Assembly (NCBI GenBank): GCA_963664875.1
Contig: OY761611.1
Span: 2,720,001 to 2,784,000, forward strand
Origin: Candidatus Kapaibacterium sp.
Lineage (GTDB): Bacteria; Bacteroidota; Ignavibacteria; Kapaibacteriales; UBA2268
Direction of reading: 5' to 3'
DNA length: 64,000 nucleotides
Under the pieces are notes generated by a model, which ran no database searches, was not told where the DNA came from, and worked only from the letters and a program-made list of their open reading frames with translations. Made by a program: the position numbers and the translations under genes. Within the stretch, counting starts at the first letter, position 1; every line of letters starts with the position of its first letter. This document shows, piece by piece, positions 41,872 to 50,407 of the stretch.

Positions 41872-44118
41872 ATGAAAAATCTTCTTACACTTTCTTTTTT
41901 ACTTCTTCTTTTTGTCGCCCAAAGTACAGAATCAGAGGTCATAAAAGCAAAAATAAATTTTAAACCAAAATCAGAAATGGTGCCTATTCCAATAAAAAAA
42001 GAAATATTTGGTGGCTTCATGGAATTTGTTCACCACTGGTTTAACTCAGAAAAAGGATATGTAGCACAAGAAATCCAAAATAGAGGATTTGATTTGCTAC
42101 ATTCACAACCGGAGATCCCTGATTATTGGGAGCTGCTTACAAACAGCAATTTTCAGAAGTTTGAACTCATCGAAGGAGGATACAATGAAAATGGATTGTA
42201 TTCTGTTCGATTAGTCAATGAAGAAAAGGGTAAATATAATTCTATTATTCAAAAAATCTTTCTGACTCCGGATACAGGAAATGACTTCTATATTTACATC
42301 AAAGATAATGCGAAATCTAAAGTAGAAATTCGTCTTTTAGATACTAAAATGAATGTGTTGCATGCTCTTCCAATTCAACTAAGCGATAGCGATTGGAAAA
42401 AGTATTCGGGCACTTTCCCTCATATTGAAGGACACGGTAGTGCCTATATAGGCTTTTTTGTGCTCGACTCTTCTGATGTTGAGATTGATGAAATTTCTTT
42501 TATGCCGCAAAATAGAATGTTTTCACTTCGCAAAGAGTACTATGACTTATTCAAATTATGGTCTCCTGGTATTATGCGCTATCCGGGTGGTTGGTATGCC
42601 GATTCGAAACTTGCTCATTGGCAAGACGGCATTGGCGATATAGATAAAAGAAAATCTCCGTCATACAATTTTACTCATTCTCAAAGGTTGGAATTCGGAA
42701 CAGATGAATTTATTGCGTTTTGCAAATCTTTAGATTGTGAACCACATATCTGTGCTAACATGCGTGAAGGCACTCCTCAGGAAGCAGCTGCATGGTTAGA
42801 GTACTGCAACGGAAGTTCTGAATCTGAATACGGTGCAATGCGTGCTGCAAACGGTAATCCGGAACCTTTCAATGTCAAATTCTGGGATATAGGCAATGAG
42901 CAGTGGGACGATGCAGAATGGATGGCTAATAATTATGTCAAGATATGGAAAGAAATGGTAAAAGTAGATCCAAATGTTAAATATATTATAGGAGGCGATC
43001 TCTGGCAGGGTAAAGCATTCTTTGATAAGTGTATGGAAATCGCAGCCGAACAAATGGACTACTATAGTTGGCACCTACTTTCAGGAAGCTTTGAAAGGGA
43101 TATACAGGATTCTTTAGATGTATTTCTAACGCTGATGGGTAACACAATAGATCATGAACGCTCATATATAACTTTTCAACAGTGGCTTACAGATGGTGGT
43201 TTTTTTCCAAGAACCCGACAGTGCATTACCGAGCTTTGGACTGCTTTTAATGACCATGATTGGACGTTTCACCCAAGACTTTACAAATTGGAATCTGGTC
43301 TATGGACTGCACTGCAGATGAACATTAGCATTCGCCAATCTCCAATATTTGATATTAACGAAAGAACCTGTAACTCAGGTATGTTTTTTACTCATACAGA
43401 TTTTGAAGCCGGTACAAGAGTAATTGCCCCAAGCCCCAGTTTCTGGGCAATGGCACTTTATAGGAATCATCACGGAAAATATAACTACCCTCTGTCGGTA
43501 GAATGTCCTACCTATGAGGCAAAAGTTATTCCCGGTACATGGGGCACCCCAAACGTACCTTGGATAGATGCAGCATCAAGTATATCAAATGACACGCTCT
43601 TTATGTATATTGTAAATCGCAATCCCAACAGTCCGGTTGAGATTGAATGTAATCTAAATGAACTTCATGCTAACGGGAATATGACTACATATACTATGAC
43701 TGCAAATCATTTCCTCGATGGTCCATCGGCGGCAATTCCTGATTCTGTTACTCCAATTGTAGCAACTAAGCCCTATGATAGTATATTTACTATACCAAAA
43801 CATACATTACTTATCATGGCTATCCCTGTAGATGATATAATTGGAATCGAGTCTGACGACACAGTCAGTAATACTCCGATAAGTGTATTCCCGAATCCTT
43901 TTACTAATGCATTTAGAATTAAGATAGCAAGCAAAGAAATCAACCCTAAAAATATACTTCAGTTTTGCAACTCTAATGGTGAGGTTTTGTACGAATATAA
44001 ACTTGGGAATAGTGACGAAGCTTACTTTTCTTCTGCCGACTTAGCTAGCGGAGTTTATTTCATAAGATTGCTCAATGAAAAAACAGAGCTAAGTAGGAAA
44101 GTTCTTAAAATAAAGTAA
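41872..44118 (+). CDS. GH51-like alpha-L-arabinofuranosidase with T9SS-type C-terminal domain
   Basis: IFGGFME, MRYPGG, FGTDEF, ANGNPEPFNVKFWDIGNE; C-terminal VFPNPFT...LASGVYFIRL..KVLKIK. Confidence 0.88.
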   Translation: MKNLLTLSFLLLLFVAQSTESEVIKAKINFKPKSEMVPIPIKKEIFGGFMEFVHHWFNSEKGYVAQEIQNRGFDLLHSQPEIPDYWELLTNSNFQKFELIEGGYNENGLYSVRLVNEEKGKYNSIIQKIFLTPDTGNDFYIYIKDNAKSKVEIRLLDTKMNVLHALPIQLSDSDWKKYSGTFPHIEGHGSAYIGFFVLDSSDVEIDEISFMPQNRMFSLRKEYYDLFKLWSPGIMRYPGGWYADSKLAHWQDGIGDIDKRKSPSYNFTHSQRLEFGTDEFIAFCKSLDCEPHICANMREGTPQEAAAWLEYCNGSSESEYGAMRAANGNPEPFNVKFWDIGNEQWDDAEWMANNYVKIWKEMVKVDPNVKYIIGGDLWQGKAFFDKCMEIAAEQMDYYSWHLLSGSFERDIQDSLDVFLTLMGNTIDHERSYITFQQWLTDGGFFPRTRQCITELWTAFNDHDWTFHPRLYKLESGLWTALQMNISIRQSPIFDINERTCNSGMFFTHTDFEAGTRVIAPSPSFWAMALYRNHHGKYNYPLSVECPTYEAKVIPGTWGTPNVPWIDAASSISNDTLFMYIVNRNPNSPVEIECNLNELHANGNMTTYTMTANHFLDGPSAAIPDSVTPIVATKPYDSIFTIPKHTLLIMAIPVDDIIGIESDDTVSNTPISVFPNPFTNAFRIKIASKEINPKNILQFCNSNGEVLYEYKLGNSDEAYFSSADLASGVYFIRLLNEKTELSRKVLKIK

Positions 44119-44157
44119 AATAGTAGATTAACCAATAATTGTACTTATAAAAAGAGC

Positions 44158-44670
44158 ATGGTCAATTACAAAATTCCACGCTCTTTTGCATTTCCAGGCT
44201 ACTCACCATATAGCTATGGGTATAACAATCCTATTATGTTTGGCGATCCGAGTGGGCTTGCTCCGGAAAAACATAAGCAAGGTAACGGAGATGTGCTTTT
44301 AGGCGATATTTATATGTGGAAAAATATGGCGGCAGTTGCTGAATATTATGGTGCTAAAACTAATATTTCTAAGGATGGACTTGAACCTTTGGAGTCTTAT
44401 CCAGTCAAAGTGTCAACTCATGCATTTATGTTGTCTTGGATGAGTGCTGCCCATGAATTAGGTCATATATTTGATGCTTTAAGACTGGGACATGATCCAT
44501 TTTTTGATATTCCTGCTGGTGTGCGTGAATGGTGGGCTATAGATTCAGAAAATATGATGCGAGTTAAGATGGGTTTTGGAAATGTCTTAAAAAGTAAATC
44601 AGATTTATTTGGAGTGCCGAAATATTTATGGGATGTATTCAAAGTTGGTTTTATAATAGAGGTATTGATC
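44158..44670 (+). pseudogene. Orphan Rhs core tail plus HEXXH metallopeptidase-like toxin tip
   Basis: FPGYSPYSYGYNNPIMFGDPSGLAPEK followed by AAHELGH..E..AIDSEN.MR; runs in frame into the next gene, which has its own RBS. Confidence 0.78.
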
Positions 44671-45711
44671 ATGCGGACTATTAGTTATATTGTTATTTTA
44701 GTAAATATTATTCTGATAAGTGGATGCTCTAGTGCACAATATTATGAAGAAAAGGATTTTGAACCAAAAAATATAGAGTTTATTGAATCAGTATTATTCA
44801 ATTCGAAATCAATAGATTCAGCTTTTGATGATTTTAATAGCACGATTGATTATAATGACATTAATCGCGATGCCAAGTTAGATCATACGCACAAAATATT
44901 TTTCGAATCTTTATTGGCAGATTTAAAAGACAAAAAGCATTTTAGAGAGAGTGTGCATATTAATGAAGTGAAAAAAGCGCTTTGGCGTGATTTTGCCGGA
45001 TATGGGATGTATAGTTTAAGTGGGATAAAGTATATAGGTTCGTTTAATGTTGAAACAAGCAATAATTGTATTAGCTTTATTTTCCTAAAAAAGAGTGATA
45101 AATGGTATTTTGAGGGTATTAGTAGATGTAGTGATTTAGATGAGCACATAGAAAGATATCTAGCCAGATCAGATTTTTTAAAAGAGCTTATTGATTGTAT
45201 TAGTTTACATCAATTGTTTAACTCCTTTGAGATAGATGAAGAAGATTCTTGCAAATCTTTCGAAACTTCGCATTACAAAATTACTTTTTGTATCGATGAG
45301 TTTAAACGTTTCTACAAAGACTATTTAGATTTGGTTTTTAGTGATCGTGATTATATAATTTCAACTTGGGCTAAAAAGGATTGGTACATCAAAATTACTG
45401 CCAATAAATATTCGGATACGACTAATATTCAAAGAGGGCAAGAAATTGATTTTGATCAATTCAGATCACTTTCAGAGCTTGTTAGCTTCGAAGATTCACT
45501 TAAAATTAAAGATTATAATGGTTTTCAGTATGGACATTTAGGTATTGAAAAAAGATTGGGAGAAGATGACCAAATAGCATCCGCAATCCTTTATCTTTCA
45601 GACGCAGATCTTGATTTAAAGATTCATATTCTCAAATATCATTATAAACCAGAAGATAGAGAGGAATTGGATAACATAATAGAATCTTTTAAAATAGAAA
45701 GAAAAAAATAA
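44671..45711 (+). CDS. Two-domain (A+B) lipoprotein, candidate immunity protein
   Basis: GAGGT RBS, ATG 44671, signal MRTISYIVILVNIILISGC. N-terminal half is homologous to the 46040 and 46507 proteins; C-terminal half is homologous to the 46992-49050 protein. Confidence 0.75.
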   Translation: MRTISYIVILVNIILISGCSSAQYYEEKDFEPKNIEFIESVLFNSKSIDSAFDDFNSTIDYNDINRDAKLDHTHKIFFESLLADLKDKKHFRESVHINEVKKALWRDFAGYGMYSLSGIKYIGSFNVETSNNCISFIFLKKSDKWYFEGISRCSDLDEHIERYLARSDFLKELIDCISLHQLFNSFEIDEEDSCKSFETSHYKITFCIDEFKRFYKDYLDLVFSDRDYIISTWAKKDWYIKITANKYSDTTNIQRGQEIDFDQFRSLSELVSFEDSLKIKDYNGFQYGHLGIEKRLGEDDQIASAILYLSDADLDLKIHILKYHYKPEDREELDNIIESFKIERKK

Positions 45712-45720
45712 TATAGCAAC

Positions 45721-46019
45721 TCAATAGCTGCTGACCATGAATTAGGTCATGTTATACATAATTGAAATTAGGAGACTCTGCATTTGATCAATTAGACGAA
45801 TGTTTGAAAGAACAATTTACTATTGAATTAGTTAATATATTGCGACAAAAAAGGAATAAACAGTTACGTGAAGCACATCCGACATATCATGGTTGTCCAA
45901 CTTACAGAGATTATCCAGATTGATATAACAAAATTAACAGAACAATGTTCTAGTTTTAGATTGTTGACCAAGATCAATTATTAAAATTAAACTGGAAAAA
46001 TTTCTTTAGAAAATCATAA
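45721..46019 (+). pseudogene. Second HELGH metallopeptidase toxin-tip remnant
   Basis: SIAADHELGHVIH / frameshift / LKLGDSAFDQLDECLKEQFTIELVNILRQK, then several stops; aligns with HELGHIFDALRLGHDPFF..REWWAIDSENMMR. Confidence 0.75.
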
Positions 46020-46039
46020 ATTTGAATATTTGGAGGAAT

Positions 46040-46534
46040 ATGTTTATATATAGATATGTATTAATATCAATGATAATTGTTATCACTTCTTGTACTTATA
46101 AGAACTCAATTATTCCAACTTTGTCGGAAGAAAAAATTGAAATGCTAGAAATTTGTTTTAGGAATCCGGATGTAATAGATTCTGTTGTTGCGCATAATAA
46201 TTTTAATGCCAGAAGAGCTTTAACTTACAAGTCCGAAGCAATTAATTCCAGAGAAAAACAACTGTTTGAATATTTTGTCAAAAACATTATTCTTGGAGAT
46301 TACGACATTGAAGTAAATGAAACTACTTTCAAACCATTTATATTCTTGAATGGAGCTAATTATAAAGCACTTTATTTTAGAAGTAAAGTATTAGTAACCA
46401 CCAATCAGGATAGTATCGAATTTGATTTTGTAAGTTATTCTGACACTTGGATTTTGGATAATATAACAGATTTGAAAGAAGAGTCTAAAAATAAAGGTAA
46501 GCAAAGATGCGAAGACATAGAACCCAGAAAATAA
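46040..46534 (+). CDS. Domain-A lipoprotein, candidate immunity protein (copy 1)
   Basis: GGAGG RBS, ATG 46040, lipobox ITSC. Confidence 0.75.
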   Translation: MFIYRYVLISMIIVITSCTYKNSIIPTLSEEKIEMLEICFRNPDVIDSVVAHNNFNARRALTYKSEAINSREKQLFEYFVKNIILGDYDIEVNETTFKPFIFLNGANYKALYFRSKVLVTTNQDSIEFDFVSYSDTWILDNITDLKEESKNKGKQRCEDIEPRK

Positions 46535-47016
46535 AATATGTGATTATTTCATTGTTATTAGCATTTTCTTCCTCATGTTCATATAAGAACTCAATTATTC
46601 CAACTTTGTCGGAAGAAAAAATTGAAATGCTAGAAATTTGTTTTAGGAATCCGGATGTAATAGATTCTGTTGTTGCGTATAATAATTTTAATGCCAGAAA
46701 AGCTTTAACTTACAAGTCCGAAGCAATTAATTCCAGAGAAAAACAACTGTTTGAATATTTTGTCAAAAACATTATTCTTGGAGATTACGACATTGAAGTC
46801 AATGAAACTACTTTCATACCTTTTATATTCTTGAATGGAGCTGCTTATCAGGCACTTTCTTTCGAATGTAATGTATTAGTAGTAACAGATCATGATAGTA
46901 TAAAATTTAATTTTTTGAGATATTCTGACGAATGGATTTTAGATAATATAACAGATTTGAAAGAAGAGTCTAAAAATAAAGGTAAGCAAAGATGCGAAGA
47001 TATAGAACCCAGATAG
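46507..47016 (+). CDS. Domain-A lipoprotein, candidate immunity protein (copy 2)
   Basis: Lipobox SSSC; tandem duplicate of the previous gene with a 485-bp period. Confidence 0.75.
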   Translation: MRRHRTQKIKYVIISLLLAFSSSCSYKNSIIPTLSEEKIEMLEICFRNPDVIDSVVAYNNFNARKALTYKSEAINSREKQLFEYFVKNIILGDYDIEVNETTFIPFIFLNGAAYQALSFECNVLVVTDHDSIKFNFLRYSDEWILDNITDLKEESKNKGKQRCEDIEPR

Positions 47017-47206
47017 TAAATTATTTAATTTTTTCATTTATGCTAATATTTTCTTCTAGTTGCAGTGTAAAAAACATCGATAATAAGATATCTCGAAATG
47101 GAGATATATTTAAATTATCTCTTGATTCTGCTAATATGTATATTGAAGCTCCAGATTATATAGATATTGCTGAATTAGGGTACCGTACTTCTAATAATCC
47201 CAGATT

Positions 47207-48665
47207 TGTCATTAGAAATATCATATTAAAGCACATGAGGCAATTTTATATAGGTTGACGAACTCCAAAGTCCCTTAAACCATTGCCTCCTTTGCATTGC
47301 TAAAGATAACTTCAAAATTTTAGAATTTCCATCTTTAATTAAATATCCGCCTATTGCAAAAGTCTTATATCTGAGTGTGCTTAGAAAATTTTGCTTTTTA
47401 GTTTTTAAAACTGCTTGCCTAAACAGACTCATCAGATTATAGGCAATCATAACAAAATTTAGTGCTGCTTCTGTACCCCAAAAATTGCGCATATTGAAAT
47501 TTTCTGCTCCAAAATCATACTTTATCTCCTTGATTCTATTTTCGCAATCGGCTCTCCCACGATACATATCATATATTATTTGTGCAGGCAAATCCAAATT
47601 TGTTACAAAACAAGAGTAGCGATAATCTTTGTATTGCATGTCTCCTTCGAAAAAGCTCAATTGTTTTCCGACTGCTTTAGGACGTTGTGGAACATACTGT
47701 CTTATCATTATAACTCGGCGGGGTTCATCCCAGTTGTCTGATTGGTAGCTTGTTTCGCCTATTTCTAAACCTTTACTTATAGGCCACCATTTTGTATGTT
47801 TGGCAATTTTTACTTTCAAAGGTCTGTAAAACTTTGCTGCTATTATATAATTATGTTTGGTACTTTCGAGATATTTCATTATTTCGTCTGAGTAAAATCC
47901 GCTGTCGGCACGGATTAAACCTGCTTTTTTATTACCAAGCTTATAAAGTGTATCTTCCAAAAAACTCAGAAAATTGCTTGATGCACCGGTATTGCCGGGC
48001 CGAAGCCAGCAATTGGCTATCATTCGGCAATCTGAGACAAATGCAAGCAAAGGGTGATGTGAATTTCTTCCCGGTTTACGAGGGTTATAACCTTTTGCAG
48101 CACCCTGCTGATTTCCATAGCGAGTTATCACCGTAGAATCAAAGTCAATTGTGTAGTTGTCAAACTGAAAATTATTGAAGAACCAAGTGTAAAGCTCATC
48201 AAAAACCTGTTGATTTGTTGCCTGAGAAAACTTATTAAAATATCTGTGGAATGCTTTGCTTCCAGCCATTTTTGACCATCCAAACAAATTTTGGATGACT
48301 TTGTCATGTCTTGTTACTTCTAAATGTTCGAAGCAACTTGCACCGCACCAAATACCCAGTAAAAAGTGTTGTATTAGTTGTTCTGGTTTGTAACCTCTAT
48401 TCGAACCCTGTGATGGTAACGCCAAATCTTTTAATATTTGATCAAAAGACATTTTTTTTAGCATATTTTGCATCAAAGAAATACCTGCCCAAGGTGTAAT
48501 TTCTTTGTCGGTAAAAGCAATTTTTACATCCATATTTTTCGTAAGATTTTCTTACATCTGTTTTCCTAATATAGACTTTTTTTAATATCTGCTAAAACAC
48601 TATTTATCAACATGTTATATCTTCTTTTTTCTAATGACAGTCATTAGAGATTATCGCTAATGACA
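47207..48665 (-). mobile_element. IS1380-family-like insertion sequence
   Basis: Terminal inverted repeats TGTCATTAG (47207) / CTAATGACA (48665) around a single transposase gene; splits a host gene. Confidence 0.8.
47226..48533 (-). CDS. IS1380-family DDE transposase
   Basis: FTDKEITPWAG, TIDFDST, GYNPRKPGRNSHHPL, IRADSGF and YRGRADCENRIKE motifs. Confidence 0.9.
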   Translation of the reverse strand: MDVKIAFTDKEITPWAGISLMQNMLKKMSFDQILKDLALPSQGSNRGYKPEQLIQHFLLGIWCGASCFEHLEVTRHDKVIQNLFGWSKMAGSKAFHRYFNKFSQATNQQVFDELYTWFFNNFQFDNYTIDFDSTVITRYGNQQGAAKGYNPRKPGRNSHHPLLAFVSDCRMIANCWLRPGNTGASSNFLSFLEDTLYKLGNKKAGLIRADSGFYSDEIMKYLESTKHNYIIAAKFYRPLKVKIAKHTKWWPISKGLEIGETSYQSDNWDEPRRVIMIRQYVPQRPKAVGKQLSFFEGDMQYKDYRYSCFVTNLDLPAQIIYDMYRGRADCENRIKEIKYDFGAENFNMRNFWGTEAALNFVMIAYNLMSLFRQAVLKTKKQNFLSTLRYKTFAIGGYLIKDGNSKILKLSLAMQRRQWFKGLWSSSTYIKLPHVL

Positions 48666-49057
48666 TTTTTGGGATAATACAGAGCATTATCACATGTATC
48701 TTGTAAAAAAGGATTGGTTTATATACATATTCTGTACAGAAAGAAGAGTATCTATAGATCAGTTTTTATCATTGCTTCCTTATAAAAAGAAAGAGTTTTT
48801 AAGGAATTTACCAAAAACATTAAAAATAGACTCAACTGTGATTAATGGATTTGGCGAAAATATCATAAGTTACTATGGTACAGATGATGGTATGGGTAAA
48901 GACCAAGTTCTAGGCTATCAAAGTATATTTTGCTGGACGGATGATCAATTTATTACAATTTATATGTCTAAAAAAAAGTATGTTCCAGAAGATAGAGAAG
49001 AATTCAAAAATATTCTGAAAACCTTTAGATTAGAAAAAAATAGCATCTAATATTCAT

Positions 49058-49139
49058 ACCTCTCCAACTCCACAAAAAGATTGGAGAGGTTTTTGCATAT
49101 AATAGCACCTATCTCTTTGAAGCATTTCCGGGTTACTCA
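49058..49139 (+). repeat. Terminator + Rhs core-motif stub, copy 1
   Basis: ACCTCTCCAA..TTGGAGAGGT-TTTT-GCATATAATAGCACCTAT-CTCTTTGAAGCATTTCCGGGTTACTCA (the last part encodes LFEAFPGYS). Confidence 0.85.
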
Positions 49140-49210
49140 AAAAACTGATGTAAAGTCTTGACGTGAAATCGAGATGACAGAAAATAGCCAAAGAAAGGCA
49201 AATTGTGCCC

Positions 49211-50134
49211 TTAGAGTTTCAACACCACTAATGAGCTTATCCCTATGATGAACCACAAAATCACACCAAGAAGAAAGCTTTTTATACCAGCCTCTTTGAT
49301 TTCGGAAAACGAGATATTTGCTCCGATAAGAAACAGTGCCACTATCATTCCTTTCCTGCCCAGCCATGCTAAATTAGTAAATAACTCGGCAGCTTGCGGT
49401 AGTAGGTAAGCAGTAATAATAGCAAGTACGAATAATCCGATAAACCATGGAATTTTTATCTTGCCGTTTGATTTGTCCTTGGTGACCAGCATTATGCCAA
49501 ATGAAAGTGGTATTATCCATAGTGCCCTGATTAGTTTGACAGTTGTAGCTATCTCCAATGCCCGGCTACCATAAATAGCACCTGCTCCGACTACAGAGCT
49601 TGTGTCATGTATAGCAATTGCAGCCCAGTGCCCGAAAACTTCCTGACTTAAACCCAAATATTTGCCAATCGGCGGAAAAATCATAAGAGCGATTGCATTT
49701 AGCACAAATACAACAATCAAAGCAAATGAAATTTGATAATTCTTCGCTTTGATAATTGGTGATACAGCCGCTATCGCACTGCCACCACATATTGCAGTGC
49801 CGGCAGAAATCAAAATGCCAATATTAGATTCTACTTTGAAGAGTTTAGTCAGTAACATGCCAATAGCCACTACAAAAATAACAGATACTGCCGTTTCGGC
49901 GAACCCTTCTTTAGAAGCAGCCAACACTTGAATCATGTTCATTCCAAAGCCCATAAGCACAATAGAAGCCTGCAAGGCAAGAGATGTATAGCGTTTACTT
50001 CCGCTACTTTTGATGCCGGCAATAGACAGCACAATACCAATAGCAAGTGCTATCGCCGGAGTCAGAAATGGAGTAAAGCAAAGAATAATAATGACAACAA
50101 ATATAATGTTGGAATGCTTTTGACTAAGCTGCAT
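49211..50134 (-). CDS. YeiH family putative sulfate exporter
   Basis: GTAICGGSAIAA, AIHDTSSVVGA and ATTVKLIRALWI; multiple TM segments. Confidence 0.92.
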   Translation of the reverse strand: MQLSQKHSNIIFVVIIILCFTPFLTPAIALAIGIVLSIAGIKSSGSKRYTSLALQASIVLMGFGMNMIQVLAASKEGFAETAVSVIFVVAIGMLLTKLFKVESNIGILISAGTAICGGSAIAAVSPIIKAKNYQISFALIVVFVLNAIALMIFPPIGKYLGLSQEVFGHWAAIAIHDTSSVVGAGAIYGSRALEIATTVKLIRALWIIPLSFGIMLVTKDKSNGKIKIPWFIGLFVLAIITAYLLPQAAELFTNLAWLGRKGMIVALFLIGANISFSEIKEAGIKSFLLGVILWFIIGISSLVVLKL

Positions 50135-50212
50135 TGTTTTGCCTCAAATGTTTTTTTAGGACAAACTTAGCTCTCGCATATAACATTTACAAATTGAATA
50201 TTGTTATTGCTT

Positions 50213-50227
50213 ATAACTTGTGGTTAT
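50213..50227. promoter_or_regulatory. Possible LysR-type operator upstream of the yeiH-like gene
   Basis: Dyad ATAAC-N5-GTTAT (T-N11-A). Confidence 0.4.
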
Positions 50228-50407
50228 GATGGAGCAAGAAATCAAGGAAAATTACAGGGAATAGTTTTTTATCAACTTGTATTATAATAAATAAAAGTCT
50301 TTTATCAAAAAGATATAAACCTACACAAAAAACAAATAATATCTTGCTATTTCTCTCGCCTACCTATATATTTGGTATGCAATGTTAATTAGACTGATTG
50401 AGATATA

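Larger units (their letters stand above)
46992..49050 (+). pseudogene. Domain-B lipoprotein interrupted by IS
   Basis: The 5' part (lipobox SSSC..NNPRF) ends at about 47207. The 3' part resumes at about 48666 (FWDNTEHYHMYLVKKDW..YVPEDREEF) and is homologous to the C-terminal half of the 44671 protein. Confidence 0.78.

Noticed and set aside
44158-45711. Single 517-aa gene
   Set aside because: An internal RBS, ATG and lipoprotein signal at 44671 indicate two units.
46097-47013. Diversity-generating retroelement TR/VR pair
   Set aside because: Many substitutions are at non-A positions in both directions, and there is no reverse transcriptase in the window.
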